Origin: a virus
Virus record (IMG/VR): IMGVR_UViG_3300009130_000002
Direction: 5' to 3' (one strand)
DNA: 64,000 nt
In this document: in pieces, positions 37,751 to 46,379 of the stretch
Numbering within the stretch: the stretch's first letter is position 1
How the letters are laid out: every line of letters starts with the position of its first letter
Program-made: the position numbers and the translations under genes
Notes under the pieces: model-generated
What the model was told of the DNA's origin: nothing
Database searches by the model: none
The model's input: the letters and a program-made list of their open reading frames with translations, nothing else

Positions 37751-37908
37751 TGTTTGAGGGTCTACCACTAACTATCTTTCATGCTACAGTGGTATTGCTT
37801 GGGGGAGTTGTGTTACTCGGCTTTAAATTTCTTGTCGATGTAACACGCTCTCCCAGACCCAGACCTATTAAAGTAAGGAGGAACCCTAATGAGCGCAAAA
37901 GAATGTGA
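37750..37908 (+). CDS. Small single-TM protein (52 aa; not in the ORF track)
   Basis: The ATG shares its A with the upstream TAA. MFEGLPLTIFHATVVLLGGVVLLGFKFLVDVTRSPRPRPIKVRRNPNERKRM has a hydrophobic helix and a basic tail. Confidence 0.55.
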   Translation: MFEGLPLTIFHATVVLLGGVVLLGFKFLVDVTRSPRPRPIKVRRNPNERKRM

Positions 37909-37984
37909 ATGTAGTTGCGTTACTACTGAATGTTGCAAGGCAGGAACTTGCGAATGTTGTTCAGAAGTATGCTGCTGCGAATAG
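37889..37984 (+). CDS. Metallothionein-like Cys-rich peptide (31 aa, 11 Cys; not in the ORF track)
   Basis: MSAKECECSCVTTECCKAGTCECCSEVCCCE*. SD AAGGAGG at 37875-37881, 7 nt before the ATG. No aromatic residues. Stop is 3 nt before the next ATG. Confidence 0.75.
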   Translation: MSAKECECSCVTTECCKAGTCECCSEVCCCE

Positions 37985-37987
37985 GGA

Positions 37988-38578
37988 ATGGCAAAGAAAC
38001 CATTCGTCGCCCATAGACTAAAAATAAATACTACAGAGATTTCTTCCGATAGAGATCTTTCCCCTAGTATCAATTTCTCAAACAAAATTACAGGAACTTA
38101 CCCGGATGATGGCTTTAAAGTTGGTTACGATAGTGACGACTGCAAGGCCTTTATTCATATAGATGAGTGCGCAGGATTTAAGATCCACATACATCATAAG
38201 GATAGATTTGTAATATCTGATAAAGGTAATATAGGTATAGGGAGACAGCCGACAAACTGTCTACTTCATATAGGAGGTAGCTTAGGCTTGCAATACAAAG
38301 GAATAGATGACAGCCTATATACAATAGAAGGAAAAGACTGTATCATAGGTATAGAGAAGGTTAAGCATAATAACGTAGAGATTACGATACCTAACTCAGA
38401 GAATATAAAAGGTCGAGTTCTTATAATAAAAGACGAAGAAGGACAGGCCAGTCAATATCCAATAACAATAAGAGCAGAAACTCCAAGCTCAATCAATAAT
38501 AAGTTTGAAGTTCATATACAAGAAGACTATGGTAGTCTAACTGTATATTGCAATGGGAGTGACTGGTTCAAAATATAA
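37988..38578 (+). CDS. Short fibre-like virion protein (196 aa)
   Basis: GNIGIGRQPTNCLLHIGGS motif and a C-terminal ITIP...GRVLIIKDE.G.A...ITI...YGSLTVY.NG..WF fibre-tip-like domain. Confidence 0.6.
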   Translation: MAKKPFVAHRLKINTTEISSDRDLSPSINFSNKITGTYPDDGFKVGYDSDDCKAFIHIDECAGFKIHIHHKDRFVISDKGNIGIGRQPTNCLLHIGGSLGLQYKGIDDSLYTIEGKDCIIGIEKVKHNNVEITIPNSENIKGRVLIIKDEEGQASQYPITIRAETPSSINNKFEVHIQEDYGSLTVYCNGSDWFKI

Positions 38579-38604
38579 AGGAATTACAATGAAGGAATTG
38601 GGTC

Positions 38605-38913
38605 ATGGATATCCTAGAGATGGCATTTGGACTGCTAGGTATGATCATATTTTTTTCCTTTATTGTTGTAATGAGGGTCCTTGGCATACTATCAAGGACA
38701 CACATCAGGCACACAAAGGATGTGACACAGTTGAAAACTCATGAAAAGATAAACGATTTAAACTTTAAGACTCAGGTAGTGGTACATGTCACTGGGTCTG
38801 TAAAGAATAGTGAAAGCGCAGCCCAGATCACACATGATATAGAGGCGGCCTTAAAAGATATCATAAAAGATATAGATGTTAGTGTGAAAGTAAGAGTAGA
38901 AAAGATTGATTAA
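38605..38913 (+). CDS. Hypothetical single-TM protein (102 aa)
   Basis: N-terminal hydrophobic helix; AAGGA upstream. Confidence 0.55.
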   Translation: MDILEMAFGLLGMIIFFSFIVVMRVLGILSRTHIRHTKDVTQLKTHEKINDLNFKTQVVVHVTGSVKNSESAAQITHDIEAALKDIIKDIDVSVKVRVEKID

Positions 38914-38916
38914 CCC

Positions 38917-38945
38917 TTGCATCCCGCAAGTAGATCAACTAGATT
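38917..38945 (+). promoter_or_regulatory. Sigma70-type promoter at the start of the replication block
   Basis: TTGCAT-17 nt-TAGATT in the gap before the Cas4-like gene. Confidence 0.55.
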
Positions 38946-38986
38946 AGAAACACAAGCTGCCAATGCTTTTTAAAGAAAGGAATTGC

Positions 38987-39865
38987 ATGGCCTACGATAA
39001 TTATGATTTGTTCGGACACGTTGACGAACATTTAACCCGCCCTAAATTCAAAGCTCCCCGAGCTAAAAACTTTTACCCCTCAGAAGCCTCAGTCGTTACT
39101 TATGATCAACATGGAGATAGAGTTGTTCATGGTGGATGTATGCGTGCTGCATACTTTAGGTGCAGTAGCCATGAGTTTGAAAGAATTCCAAATAGTGCCA
39201 GATCTGAGTACATTTTCAAACAAGGAATTGGTGTTGAAAAGATTCTAATTGATCTCTGGAAAGAGATGGGAATCTGGGTAGACAATAATGTAAAGTTTGT
39301 TGATGCTGAAGCTGGAATCTCAGGAGAGCTAGATGCTCTACTGATGGAACCAGATGGAACTGTATATGGTGCAGAGGTAAAGTCTTTCTATGGATACTTT
39401 GCAGAGAAAGAACTCTTTGGGAATAGAAGCACTAAGGCATTTCCAAAAATGCCTCATTTATTACAGACACTTATTTATCTGAACTTCTTTAAGGACAGGC
39501 TTCCCTACTTCAGAATCGTTTACTTTGCTAGAGACTCTGTAAAAAGACGTACCTTCAAGGTTGAACTTCATGAAGAAGGAGATATTATCTATCCGAAGGT
39601 TGAAGGGGAAGTCGTTCGATCATTTACAGTTAATGATATTTATAACAGATATCAAGAGTTACAAACCTTTTTAGATAATGACTTAGTTCCACCAAATGAT
39701 TTTGAATTATTTTATTCAAATGAAAAGATAGAGGACTTCTATAAAAAAGGTAAAGTTGCAAAAACTAAATATGCAAAGTGGAAAGCTGGAAAGCTAGGAC
39801 CACATGAGCAAATTGGTGATTGGAATTGCAGCTACTGTGCTTTTAAAAATGTTTGCTGGTCTTAA
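38987..39865 (+). CDS. Cas4/AddB-like PD-(D/E)XK exonuclease with Fe-S cysteine staple
   Basis: GGCMR (N-terminal Cys), ISGELDAL, AEVKS, QTLIY and C-terminal CSYCAFKNVC. Start at MAYDN after AAGGA. Confidence 0.8.
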   Translation: MAYDNYDLFGHVDEHLTRPKFKAPRAKNFYPSEASVVTYDQHGDRVVHGGCMRAAYFRCSSHEFERIPNSARSEYIFKQGIGVEKILIDLWKEMGIWVDNNVKFVDAEAGISGELDALLMEPDGTVYGAEVKSFYGYFAEKELFGNRSTKAFPKMPHLLQTLIYLNFFKDRLPYFRIVYFARDSVKRRTFKVELHEEGDIIYPKVEGEVVRSFTVNDIYNRYQELQTFLDNDLVPPNDFELFYSNEKIEDFYKKGKVAKTKYAKWKAGKLGPHEQIGDWNCSYCAFKNVCWS

Positions 39866-39880
39866 CCAGGGGAGTATTCC

Positions 39881-42343
39881 ATGAAAATTGAAAACTATGA
39901 GGAAGTGATTGAAAAAATCCTTCCACACCTACCAGAGTATCTAGATGAGCAGGGAATAGATCCCTCTAAATTATTTTGCTGCATAAATCCAGCACATGAT
40001 GACAAGAACCCTTCTTCGGGAGTGGTTCCTGGAGAAGATGTATTCCATTGCTTCTCTTGTGGTGCCTCAGGAAACATCTTTCATGCTGCACATTACCTAG
40101 AGAATAAGCCTCTAGTGGGTGTTGGTTTCATAACTGAGAACCTAGCATATCTTGCTGAGAAATACGGCTTAGAATTAAAGCATAAGCCTCTCACAGAGGA
40201 AGAGATCTATGAACTAGATACGTATCGAGCATATCAGAATGCATGCGACTACCTCACCATGGGCAACAAACCAGAGTTATTCGATCAAGCAATCGTAGAG
40301 CGTGGTTGGTCAGAGGATATCTGCAAAGAATATGGTGTAGGGAGTATTGGAAGCTACAGAGACTTCAGAGAACACATGAAGGATCTAGGCTTCACAGCAA
40401 GGTTCCAAGATGATGTAGACTTGGGCAGAAAAGAAATCTTTGGACCAGACAGGCTTGTCTTTACCATCAAAGATCCTGGTGGAAGAGCTGTCGGCTTTGC
40501 CTCTAGAAATCTAGAATACAAAGAAGATAGATCTAACGGTGCCAAGTATGTGAATCAAAAACATACAGGTGTTAAGTGTAATATCTACAAAAAGAGTACT
40601 CGTTTATACGGATTGGATTGTCTCCTTAAGAAGCGCAAGAAGGGTAAGCAATCAGTATATATATTTGAAGGTTATTCTGATGTAATTACTGCAGCTCAAC
40701 ATGGGCTTAAGAATACAGTAGGCCTTGGGGGTACAGCATTTAGTCTGGATCAATTGTTTTTACTTAAACAATACAATCTTTATGACATTATCTTGTGCTT
40801 AGATGGAGATGAGGCTGGACAGAATCGTATTGAATCTATTCTAGATACAACACTAGCAGGTCACAAAGACTTGAGAGTTCACATCATAATGATCCCTGAC
40901 GGTAAGGATCCTGATGAATTCATTAGAGAACAAGGTGTTGAAGAGTTTAAAAAGCTCAGAAAATGGACAGCTTTCGAGTGGAGATTGTCCAGGTTTGCAG
41001 AGGATGAAGACGAAGAGATCATCTGCAAGAATATGATCCCCCTTATTGTTAATGAGACCTCTTATATTGCACAAGAAAAAATGTGCGAGATCTTAGCGAA
41101 AGCCACAGGCATTAGCATCAAGGCAATTCAGTCAGAGCTGGAACGTCTACAAAACATTAGAGAAGCTGAGAAAGCTAGAGAACGTCAGAATATTACTGAC
41201 AAGATGGTCAACTTAATCCAGAGAGACCCATCACAAATTGAATTTGTATTACAGGATGCACTTAATGATTTATACAACTTGGCAAATAAATATGATGAAG
41301 ATAATTTCTCCGAACAATCCTGTCTTTCACTTGTCAGAGGAAGAAGAGAATACGAAGAAGCTAAAGATGGAAGCTTTAGTGGCTTTGTTTTGGGCCAGGA
41401 TTTAAAAAGACTAGAAAATGCACTAGCTGGAGACTGGAAAAAAGATGTTTGGTTTTGTCTGGGAGGGAATCCCAACGCAGGAAAGACAAGTTTTCTATGT
41501 AAAATGGCATTTGAAATTGCAAGACATAAAAAACAAAACGATGCATTGGTTATCTATCATAGCATTGACGATACAGCTGAGCAGCTTATACCTAAGTTTG
41601 TTTCTATTGCAGAAGGAAGCAGAGAGTTAACACTGAATCAGGTTATGGATCCTAATTACTATCTTAGAACTGGATATGGAGATGAGCTTTTAGAGAAAAG
41701 AGATATGGGATATAATGTATTTGAATCACTTATCGATGATGGAAGAATCATTCTTAGGGATGCAAACAATGGGAATAGTTTGTCCTATGCGGATGCACAG
41801 ATCCGACACTTTAAAAATAAGTATCCCAACAGAAACATTGTTTATATCTTAGATAACTTTCACAAGCTTCACGACTTTGGTGGTGGAGGAGATGAACGTG
41901 TTCGTTTCAAAAAGGTAAGTAACATGATGAAGAACTTGGCAACCAAGCATCACATCGCAGTTATCACTACTATTGAATACAGAAAGACACAGGGTGGTCG
42001 TAAGGCTACCAATGAAGATATCTCTGAGACAAAACAAATAGAATATGATGCCAACATCATTGCCCACTTGCACAATGAGGTGCATGAAAAGGGAGATGAT
42101 GCAGCAAAATTTCACACAGCTTTAGTTGAAGGTAATCCAGTACGAATGCCAATTATTGAATTAAATATTGGTAAAAATAAAGTAAGTGGATTTAAAAACA
42201 AACTATGGTTTGAATTCTACCCGGACTATTCAGACTTTAAGAATATAGACGAGAGCATTATTCTCGCTAAAGAAGCAGAGGCCGAAGAGAATGCAGCCAC
42301 TAGTTATGAGAAAGCAGGAGAAAGGAATAGTTTATTCGGATGA
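39881..42343 (+). CDS. Fused DnaG-type primase / DnaB-type helicase
   Basis: CHC2 zinc finger (CCINPAHDDKNPS...HCFSCG); TOPRIM (IFEGYSD, LCLDGDEAG, PDGKDPDE); Walker A GNPNAGKT; Walker B YILDNF; IEYDANII. Confidence 0.9.
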   Translation: MKIENYEEVIEKILPHLPEYLDEQGIDPSKLFCCINPAHDDKNPSSGVVPGEDVFHCFSCGASGNIFHAAHYLENKPLVGVGFITENLAYLAEKYGLELKHKPLTEEEIYELDTYRAYQNACDYLTMGNKPELFDQAIVERGWSEDICKEYGVGSIGSYRDFREHMKDLGFTARFQDDVDLGRKEIFGPDRLVFTIKDPGGRAVGFASRNLEYKEDRSNGAKYVNQKHTGVKCNIYKKSTRLYGLDCLLKKRKKGKQSVYIFEGYSDVITAAQHGLKNTVGLGGTAFSLDQLFLLKQYNLYDIILCLDGDEAGQNRIESILDTTLAGHKDLRVHIIMIPDGKDPDEFIREQGVEEFKKLRKWTAFEWRLSRFAEDEDEEIICKNMIPLIVNETSYIAQEKMCEILAKATGISIKAIQSELERLQNIREAEKARERQNITDKMVNLIQRDPSQIEFVLQDALNDLYNLANKYDEDNFSEQSCLSLVRGRREYEEAKDGSFSGFVLGQDLKRLENALAGDWKKDVWFCLGGNPNAGKTSFLCKMAFEIARHKKQNDALVIYHSIDDTAEQLIPKFVSIAEGSRELTLNQVMDPNYYLRTGYGDELLEKRDMGYNVFESLIDDGRIILRDANNGNSLSYADAQIRHFKNKYPNRNIVYILDNFHKLHDFGGGGDERVRFKKVSNMMKNLATKHHIAVITTIEYRKTQGGRKATNEDISETKQIEYDANIIAHLHNEVHEKGDDAAKFHTALVEGNPVRMPIIELNIGKNKVSGFKNKLWFEFYPDYSDFKNIDESIILAKEAEAEENAATSYEKAGERNSLFG

Positions 42344-42585
42344 AAGATTTTAGAGTCAAACTAATGTTCATTGGCCTATTGGCAGCCATTGCACTAGCAT
42401 GGGGTGTAGCCAACTATGTACCCTCTATTATAGAGGCACAACAGCAATGCGTATCACCTAGAGTCATAGACGATATGTCAAAAGAACTTATGATCTGTTA
42501 TGAAAATATAGATAGATGCAATAAGTATTTTGAAGCATGTGTTAATACTTATTTGGGCTTAGATCCAAAAGAGGTAGTTCCATGA
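42340..42585 (+). CDS. Hypothetical membrane-anchored protein (81 aa)
   Basis: N-terminal TM helix and Cys-containing helical tail; 4-nt overlaps with both neighbours. Confidence 0.55.
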   Translation: MKDFRVKLMFIGLLAAIALAWGVANYVPSIIEAQQQCVSPRVIDDMSKELMICYENIDRCNKYFEACVNTYLGLDPKEVVP

Positions 42586-43103
42586 ACATTTTTATTCTTG
42601 ATAAAGATCCAAAAACATGCGCCCAATATCATTGTGACAAGCATGTTTTGAAACAAATTCCAGATATAGCAAAAATATTATGCACAGTAATGAGAGAAAG
42701 TGGAATTCCCTACGGTTATACTTCAAGTACCCCGAATCACCCATGTGTAAAATGGGCAGCTGAGGCTGATGGAAATTTCATGTGGTTAAGAGAACTAGGA
42801 ATAGAGCTATGCAAAGAATATTCTTACAGGTATTCTAAAGGAGCTAACGGTGGTCATGCTTCCGAGCATATAATTTTAGACTCTTATCCTAAAAACCTAG
42901 GAGACAGAAACCAAAGAGCTAAAGTAAGAGAACCCGTGGGAATGACACCCCCAGTTCAGTGTGTCCCAGATCATTTCAAATGTAATGATCCAGTAAAGGC
43001 ATATAGAGATTACTATCTCGGAGAGAAATCAGACATTCTTTCTTACACAAAAAGAAATGTTCCCGAATGGATTGAAAAGATGGGAATGGGTGAACACAAA
43101 TAA
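42582..43103 (+). CDS. Pyrimidine-dimer DNA glycosylase (DenV/Pyr_excise-like)
   Basis: MNIF.LD.DP..CAQYHCDKHV.K...NHPC.KW...N..WL...LC.EY.YRY...H and C-terminal AYR.YY...K pattern. Confidence 0.75.
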   Translation: MNIFILDKDPKTCAQYHCDKHVLKQIPDIAKILCTVMRESGIPYGYTSSTPNHPCVKWAAEADGNFMWLRELGIELCKEYSYRYSKGANGGHASEHIILDSYPKNLGDRNQRAKVREPVGMTPPVQCVPDHFKCNDPVKAYRDYYLGEKSDILSYTKRNVPEWIEKMGMGEHK

Positions 43104-43129
43104 TTCAAAGCCACCACAGGAGATTTAAA

Positions 43130-44131
43130 ATGAAAGAATACCTAATAATAGGAGTATTAACACTAGGTTTAGTTTTGTGTGGTGGCCTTGTAGTTAAAAT
43201 GAAATTAGATAAATTGCATGCAGAAGAAGTAAGCTCTGAATTAAATAAAAAATTAATGGAAGCAAATCTAGAAATAGGTAGGGCAGAAAGTGAATTTGGA
43301 GACGCCTCACAACATATCAAACACCTAGAGAAGCATCTCAAGAAAGAAATAAAGGAGAGGAATGCCCTCTTAACCAGATATGGAGAGCTTAAGGCAAGAT
43401 ATGATGTAGAAGTGTCTCGTAAAATAGAAACAAGAGTAGAAATAATCAATACAGTAAGTGTGGCAGAATGTCCGTCACTAGGCTTGCTTGAAGAAGGAAG
43501 ATTATATGTTGCAAAAGGTGAAGAATTGGGTGCATTGGATCCTTTCTCGATTAGATACAAAGACCATCGTATTATTATTGGTTGCTCAGTTACTCCAAGA
43601 GTTACTGATGCCGGAATTATCCCCGTGGATATCTCTTATAATTTAAAGCTAAAATTAAAAGCTAATATTATAGAGAGTATTACTCCAAGTGGAGCAATAA
43701 ATAACTATGTAAAGTTATATGAAGTAGATGACAATGGAATTGCAATTGGAGAATTTGAAGTTCAAGATTTCAAAATGATTATTGATGATCAAAGAACTCC
43801 AAGATTTTCTTGGTGGGATCCACATATGGATATAGGTGTCGGGCTAGGACTTAGAGGAAATAGTACAATTGGGAATTTAAACTGGGAAGGCTTAGCTTCC
43901 GTAGGTATCAGCGCAATGAGCTATGGCTTATCAAGCAAAGATCTTGCATGGAAATTCTTAAGATTGTCCCTAGATCTAGGACAAGAAGTATCAGTGGGCT
44001 TAACACCTGTATTGTATAATATAGGTAATGACATTCCACTGTTTACAAACTTATGGATCGGTCCTTTTGGACACTATGGTTTAGCAGATAATGAGTGGGG
44101 GTTTGGTTTGATATTAGGAGCTAATTTGTGA
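43130..44131 (+). CDS. Membrane-anchored coiled-coil protein with beta-rich C-terminus (possible spanin-like envelope protein)
   Basis: N-terminal TM, about 75-aa coiled coil, amphipathic beta strands ending EWGFGLILGANL. Confidence 0.55.
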   Translation: MKEYLIIGVLTLGLVLCGGLVVKMKLDKLHAEEVSSELNKKLMEANLEIGRAESEFGDASQHIKHLEKHLKKEIKERNALLTRYGELKARYDVEVSRKIETRVEIINTVSVAECPSLGLLEEGRLYVAKGEELGALDPFSIRYKDHRIIIGCSVTPRVTDAGIIPVDISYNLKLKLKANIIESITPSGAINNYVKLYEVDDNGIAIGEFEVQDFKMIIDDQRTPRFSWWDPHMDIGVGLGLRGNSTIGNLNWEGLASVGISAMSYGLSSKDLAWKFLRLSLDLGQEVSVGLTPVLYNIGNDIPLFTNLWIGPFGHYGLADNEWGFGLILGANL

Positions 44132-44616
44132 CAATACTTGAATGGATTTTTATTACGAGTTTCTCCCTGAGTACTTTTATTTATATAATTTATAAGTATA
44201 AACAAAGAATAGAAGACTCTGTACGGGAGAAATTGAAAGATGAAATTAATACGCAAGCCAATAACGTTATTAATTATAACATGCGTGAGCTTGAAAAAAT
44301 TGTTTCGGAAGTTCCTGAAAAAGTCCTAAAGAGTATTACCTCTTCTTCTAATGTTAAGAAGGGGGCTCTTGGAGAACTCATAGGCTACGTAGAATTAAAA
44401 GCTAACTATGACAGGATTATTCCGCTTGGTAATATTGTAGATTTTATTGGAATTAAATTCGATAAAGAAACCGAGGAAGGTTATATCGATTTTATAGATG
44501 TGAAGACAGGTAAATCAGCGAGACTATCTAAGGATCAGAAAGCCCTACAACAGCTGGTAACAGATAAGAAAATCAACTTTGTGAAAGTGAAGGTTGAAAG
44601 TGAAAATCGACCTTAA
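44128..44616 (+). CDS. Holliday-junction-resolvase-like PD-(D/E)XK endonuclease with N-terminal TM helix
   Basis: KGALGE...LGNIVDFIGI...FIDVKTGKSARLSKDQ, an archaeal-type Endonuc_Holl-like pattern. Confidence 0.7.
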   Translation: MTILEWIFITSFSLSTFIYIIYKYKQRIEDSVREKLKDEINTQANNVINYNMRELEKIVSEVPEKVLKSITSSSNVKKGALGELIGYVELKANYDRIIPLGNIVDFIGIKFDKETEEGYIDFIDVKTGKSARLSKDQKALQQLVTDKKINFVKVKVESENRP

Positions 44617-45313
44617 ACAATTAAAAACTTTTTCCAGGTGTCCTTTAGCTTTTTGTTTAGATCAAAAAAACAAAGAGGACTTAACTACAGAACAAGAAAG
44701 AATAGTTTCTAACGTAATCTCTAAAGGAATATTACAAGTTATGGAAACTTCTTATCGTGCTGACTGGAGAAAGATTGTTAGTTGGGTTGATAGAGAGGTA
44801 TTTAAAAATTGTAATATATATTGTTCAGAACAATACAGTGCTGCAAAGAAAACCTCTGAGTATATTCTAATGGCAATAGGGGCTTGGTATGATCAGATTT
44901 ACTTGCAATGGTCAACAGAAGCCTTTACAAATGTTCCACTAGGCGTGGAAACTTCAGGTATTTTTGTTGAAGGTAAAGCTGCGGTGATAAATTTAAGAAA
45001 CCCTATAGTATGTACTCAAATAAATACAAATGTCTATGCTACAAAAAAAGAACACTTCAATGATATAGAAACTAGAGGTTTAGCATGGCTAGTAAGTGAA
45101 CATTTGAAGTGTGAAGAGGTAACAATGCAGTGCTTATCTCTTGGAAAAAGAGGCAAGTTAGATATCAATATAGTAAAATATGATAGAAGTTCTTTAAATA
45201 AGACAAGCAGATATATAGACAATATGTGCAGGATCATAAAGAGAAAGCTATACTATCCCTCAATCACAGAGAATTGTACTAGCTGTAAGTTTTATGAAAA
45301 ATGTAATCCATAA
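44594..45313 (+). CDS. Degenerate Cas4/AddB-like PD-(D/E)XK protein
   Basis: Retains FSRCP...CTSCKFYEKC cysteines; no clear D...[DE]xK catalytic motif. Confidence 0.6.
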   Translation: MKVKIDLKQLKTFSRCPLAFCLDQKNKEDLTTEQERIVSNVISKGILQVMETSYRADWRKIVSWVDREVFKNCNIYCSEQYSAAKKTSEYILMAIGAWYDQIYLQWSTEAFTNVPLGVETSGIFVEGKAAVINLRNPIVCTQINTNVYATKKEHFNDIETRGLAWLVSEHLKCEEVTMQCLSLGKRGKLDINIVKYDRSSLNKTSRYIDNMCRIIKRKLYYPSITENCTSCKFYEKCNP

Positions 45314-45322
45314 GGAACTACA

Positions 45323-45505
45323 ATGTTGAAAATTAAAGATAAGAACGGCAAAGTTATCGGTACTTTAAAAGATGAAGATACTGAGCCAACGATTGAATGT
45401 ATTAAATGTGAAGGAACTGGATGGAATTTCAAGGACGGAGGTCCACCTTTTCCTGAATGCAATTGCAGAAAAAGAAAGGAAGAAGACAATGCAAACATAT
45501 ACTGA
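45323..45505 (+). CDS. Small zinc-finger protein (60 aa)
   Basis: CIKCEGTG...ECNC; AAGGA SD. Confidence 0.6.
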   Translation: MLKIKDKNGKVIGTLKDEDTEPTIECIKCEGTGWNFKDGGPPFPECNCRKRKEEDNANIY

Positions 45506-45827
45506 TTTTGAAAGAATGAATAATGCGACAATGAGAGCGCAAGAGGCCAAGAAAAAAGAATGCGTAGCTTGTCCAAAGTGTAGCTCACAATGGTTTCAGC
45601 AATTTAGAGTGGGGCGTTTTGTTTCTGATCACAATGTGATTTTAGGACAAGAAGTCCCAGGAGTTGCTGGAGAGATGAGCTATGTAGTGTTAAAATGTAT
45701 ACGTTGTGAAGAGCTATTAGAGCCGCGTATTTTACATTCAACAAGGGATCTAGGAGGAGATGCTTATGATCAATTGTTGGATACACTGGAGGGAGAAGGA
45801 GACATAAGATCGAAACCTGAAGAATAA
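45489..45827 (+). CDS. Zinc-ribbon protein (112 aa)
   Basis: CPKC...CIRC pairs; ATG at 45489 is preferred over the track start. Confidence 0.6.
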   Translation: MQTYTDFERMNNATMRAQEAKKKECVACPKCSSQWFQQFRVGRFVSDHNVILGQEVPGVAGEMSYVVLKCIRCEELLEPRILHSTRDLGGDAYDQLLDTLEGEGDIRSKPEE

Positions 45828-45830
45828 AAT

Positions 45831-46148
45831 ATGCGATTCTATATTAAAAATAAAAATATCTTTCCTATGCCTGGAAATCAACACCTAATCCATTTAGCAA
45901 CAATTGGATATGGCTTAAGAGAATTCGTTGTGATGGTTGGAGTAAGGGGAGAGATTAAAGGAAAAGCATATATTGAAGAAGCTGTTTTAAATACAGTAAA
46001 TTACAAAGAAGATGTATTTGCAAATTTAAAATTTATTGATGATGATAATCTTGCAAATGATCTAGCTCAATGGGTTATGGACAAAAACCTATTAGATATG
46101 AAAGAGAGGGGACATGAAGCCTTTGAGCAAGGAATAAGACTATGGTAG
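45831..46148 (+). CDS. Hypothetical protein (105 aa)
   Basis: ORF packed within the operon. Confidence 0.55.
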   Translation: MRFYIKNKNIFPMPGNQHLIHLATIGYGLREFVVMVGVRGEIKGKAYIEEAVLNTVNYKEDVFANLKFIDDDNLANDLAQWVMDKNLLDMKERGHEAFEQGIRLW

Positions 46149-46372
46149 ATAATCAATGGAAGAGTCGTTTTGAAGAAGTTGTTCATGAAAAAAACGACCT
46201 AGAATCTCCTGACTTGCTCAGGAAACGAGAATTAACTTTAATTGTTCTAAAGCATCTTGAGGAAGGTCTAGAAGAACATGAGTATCCAGATTGGGATTCA
46301 AATGATTTTGAGGTGAGCAAGGATGTTGTTACTGCAATATTTGAAGACCCTGAATACTATAAATTTTACTGA
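46142..46372 (+). CDS. Hypothetical acidic protein (76 aa)
   Basis: ORF packed within the operon. Confidence 0.55.
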   Translation: MVDNQWKSRFEEVVHEKNDLESPDLLRKRELTLIVLKHLEEGLEEHEYPDWDSNDFEVSKDVVTAIFEDPEYYKFY

Positions 46373-46379
46373 GGATTAA

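Noticed and set aside
37813-38085. Minus-strand 90-aa track ORF (QQHTSEQHSQ...)
   Set aside because: Antisense shadow of the Cys codons of the metallothionein-like ORF and its neighbours; no SD and opposite to the local gene direction.
38987-45313. CRISPR-Cas system from the Cas4-like genes
   Set aside because: No cas1/cas2, effector genes or repeat-spacer array; solo Cas4-like nucleases are common phage recombination enzymes.
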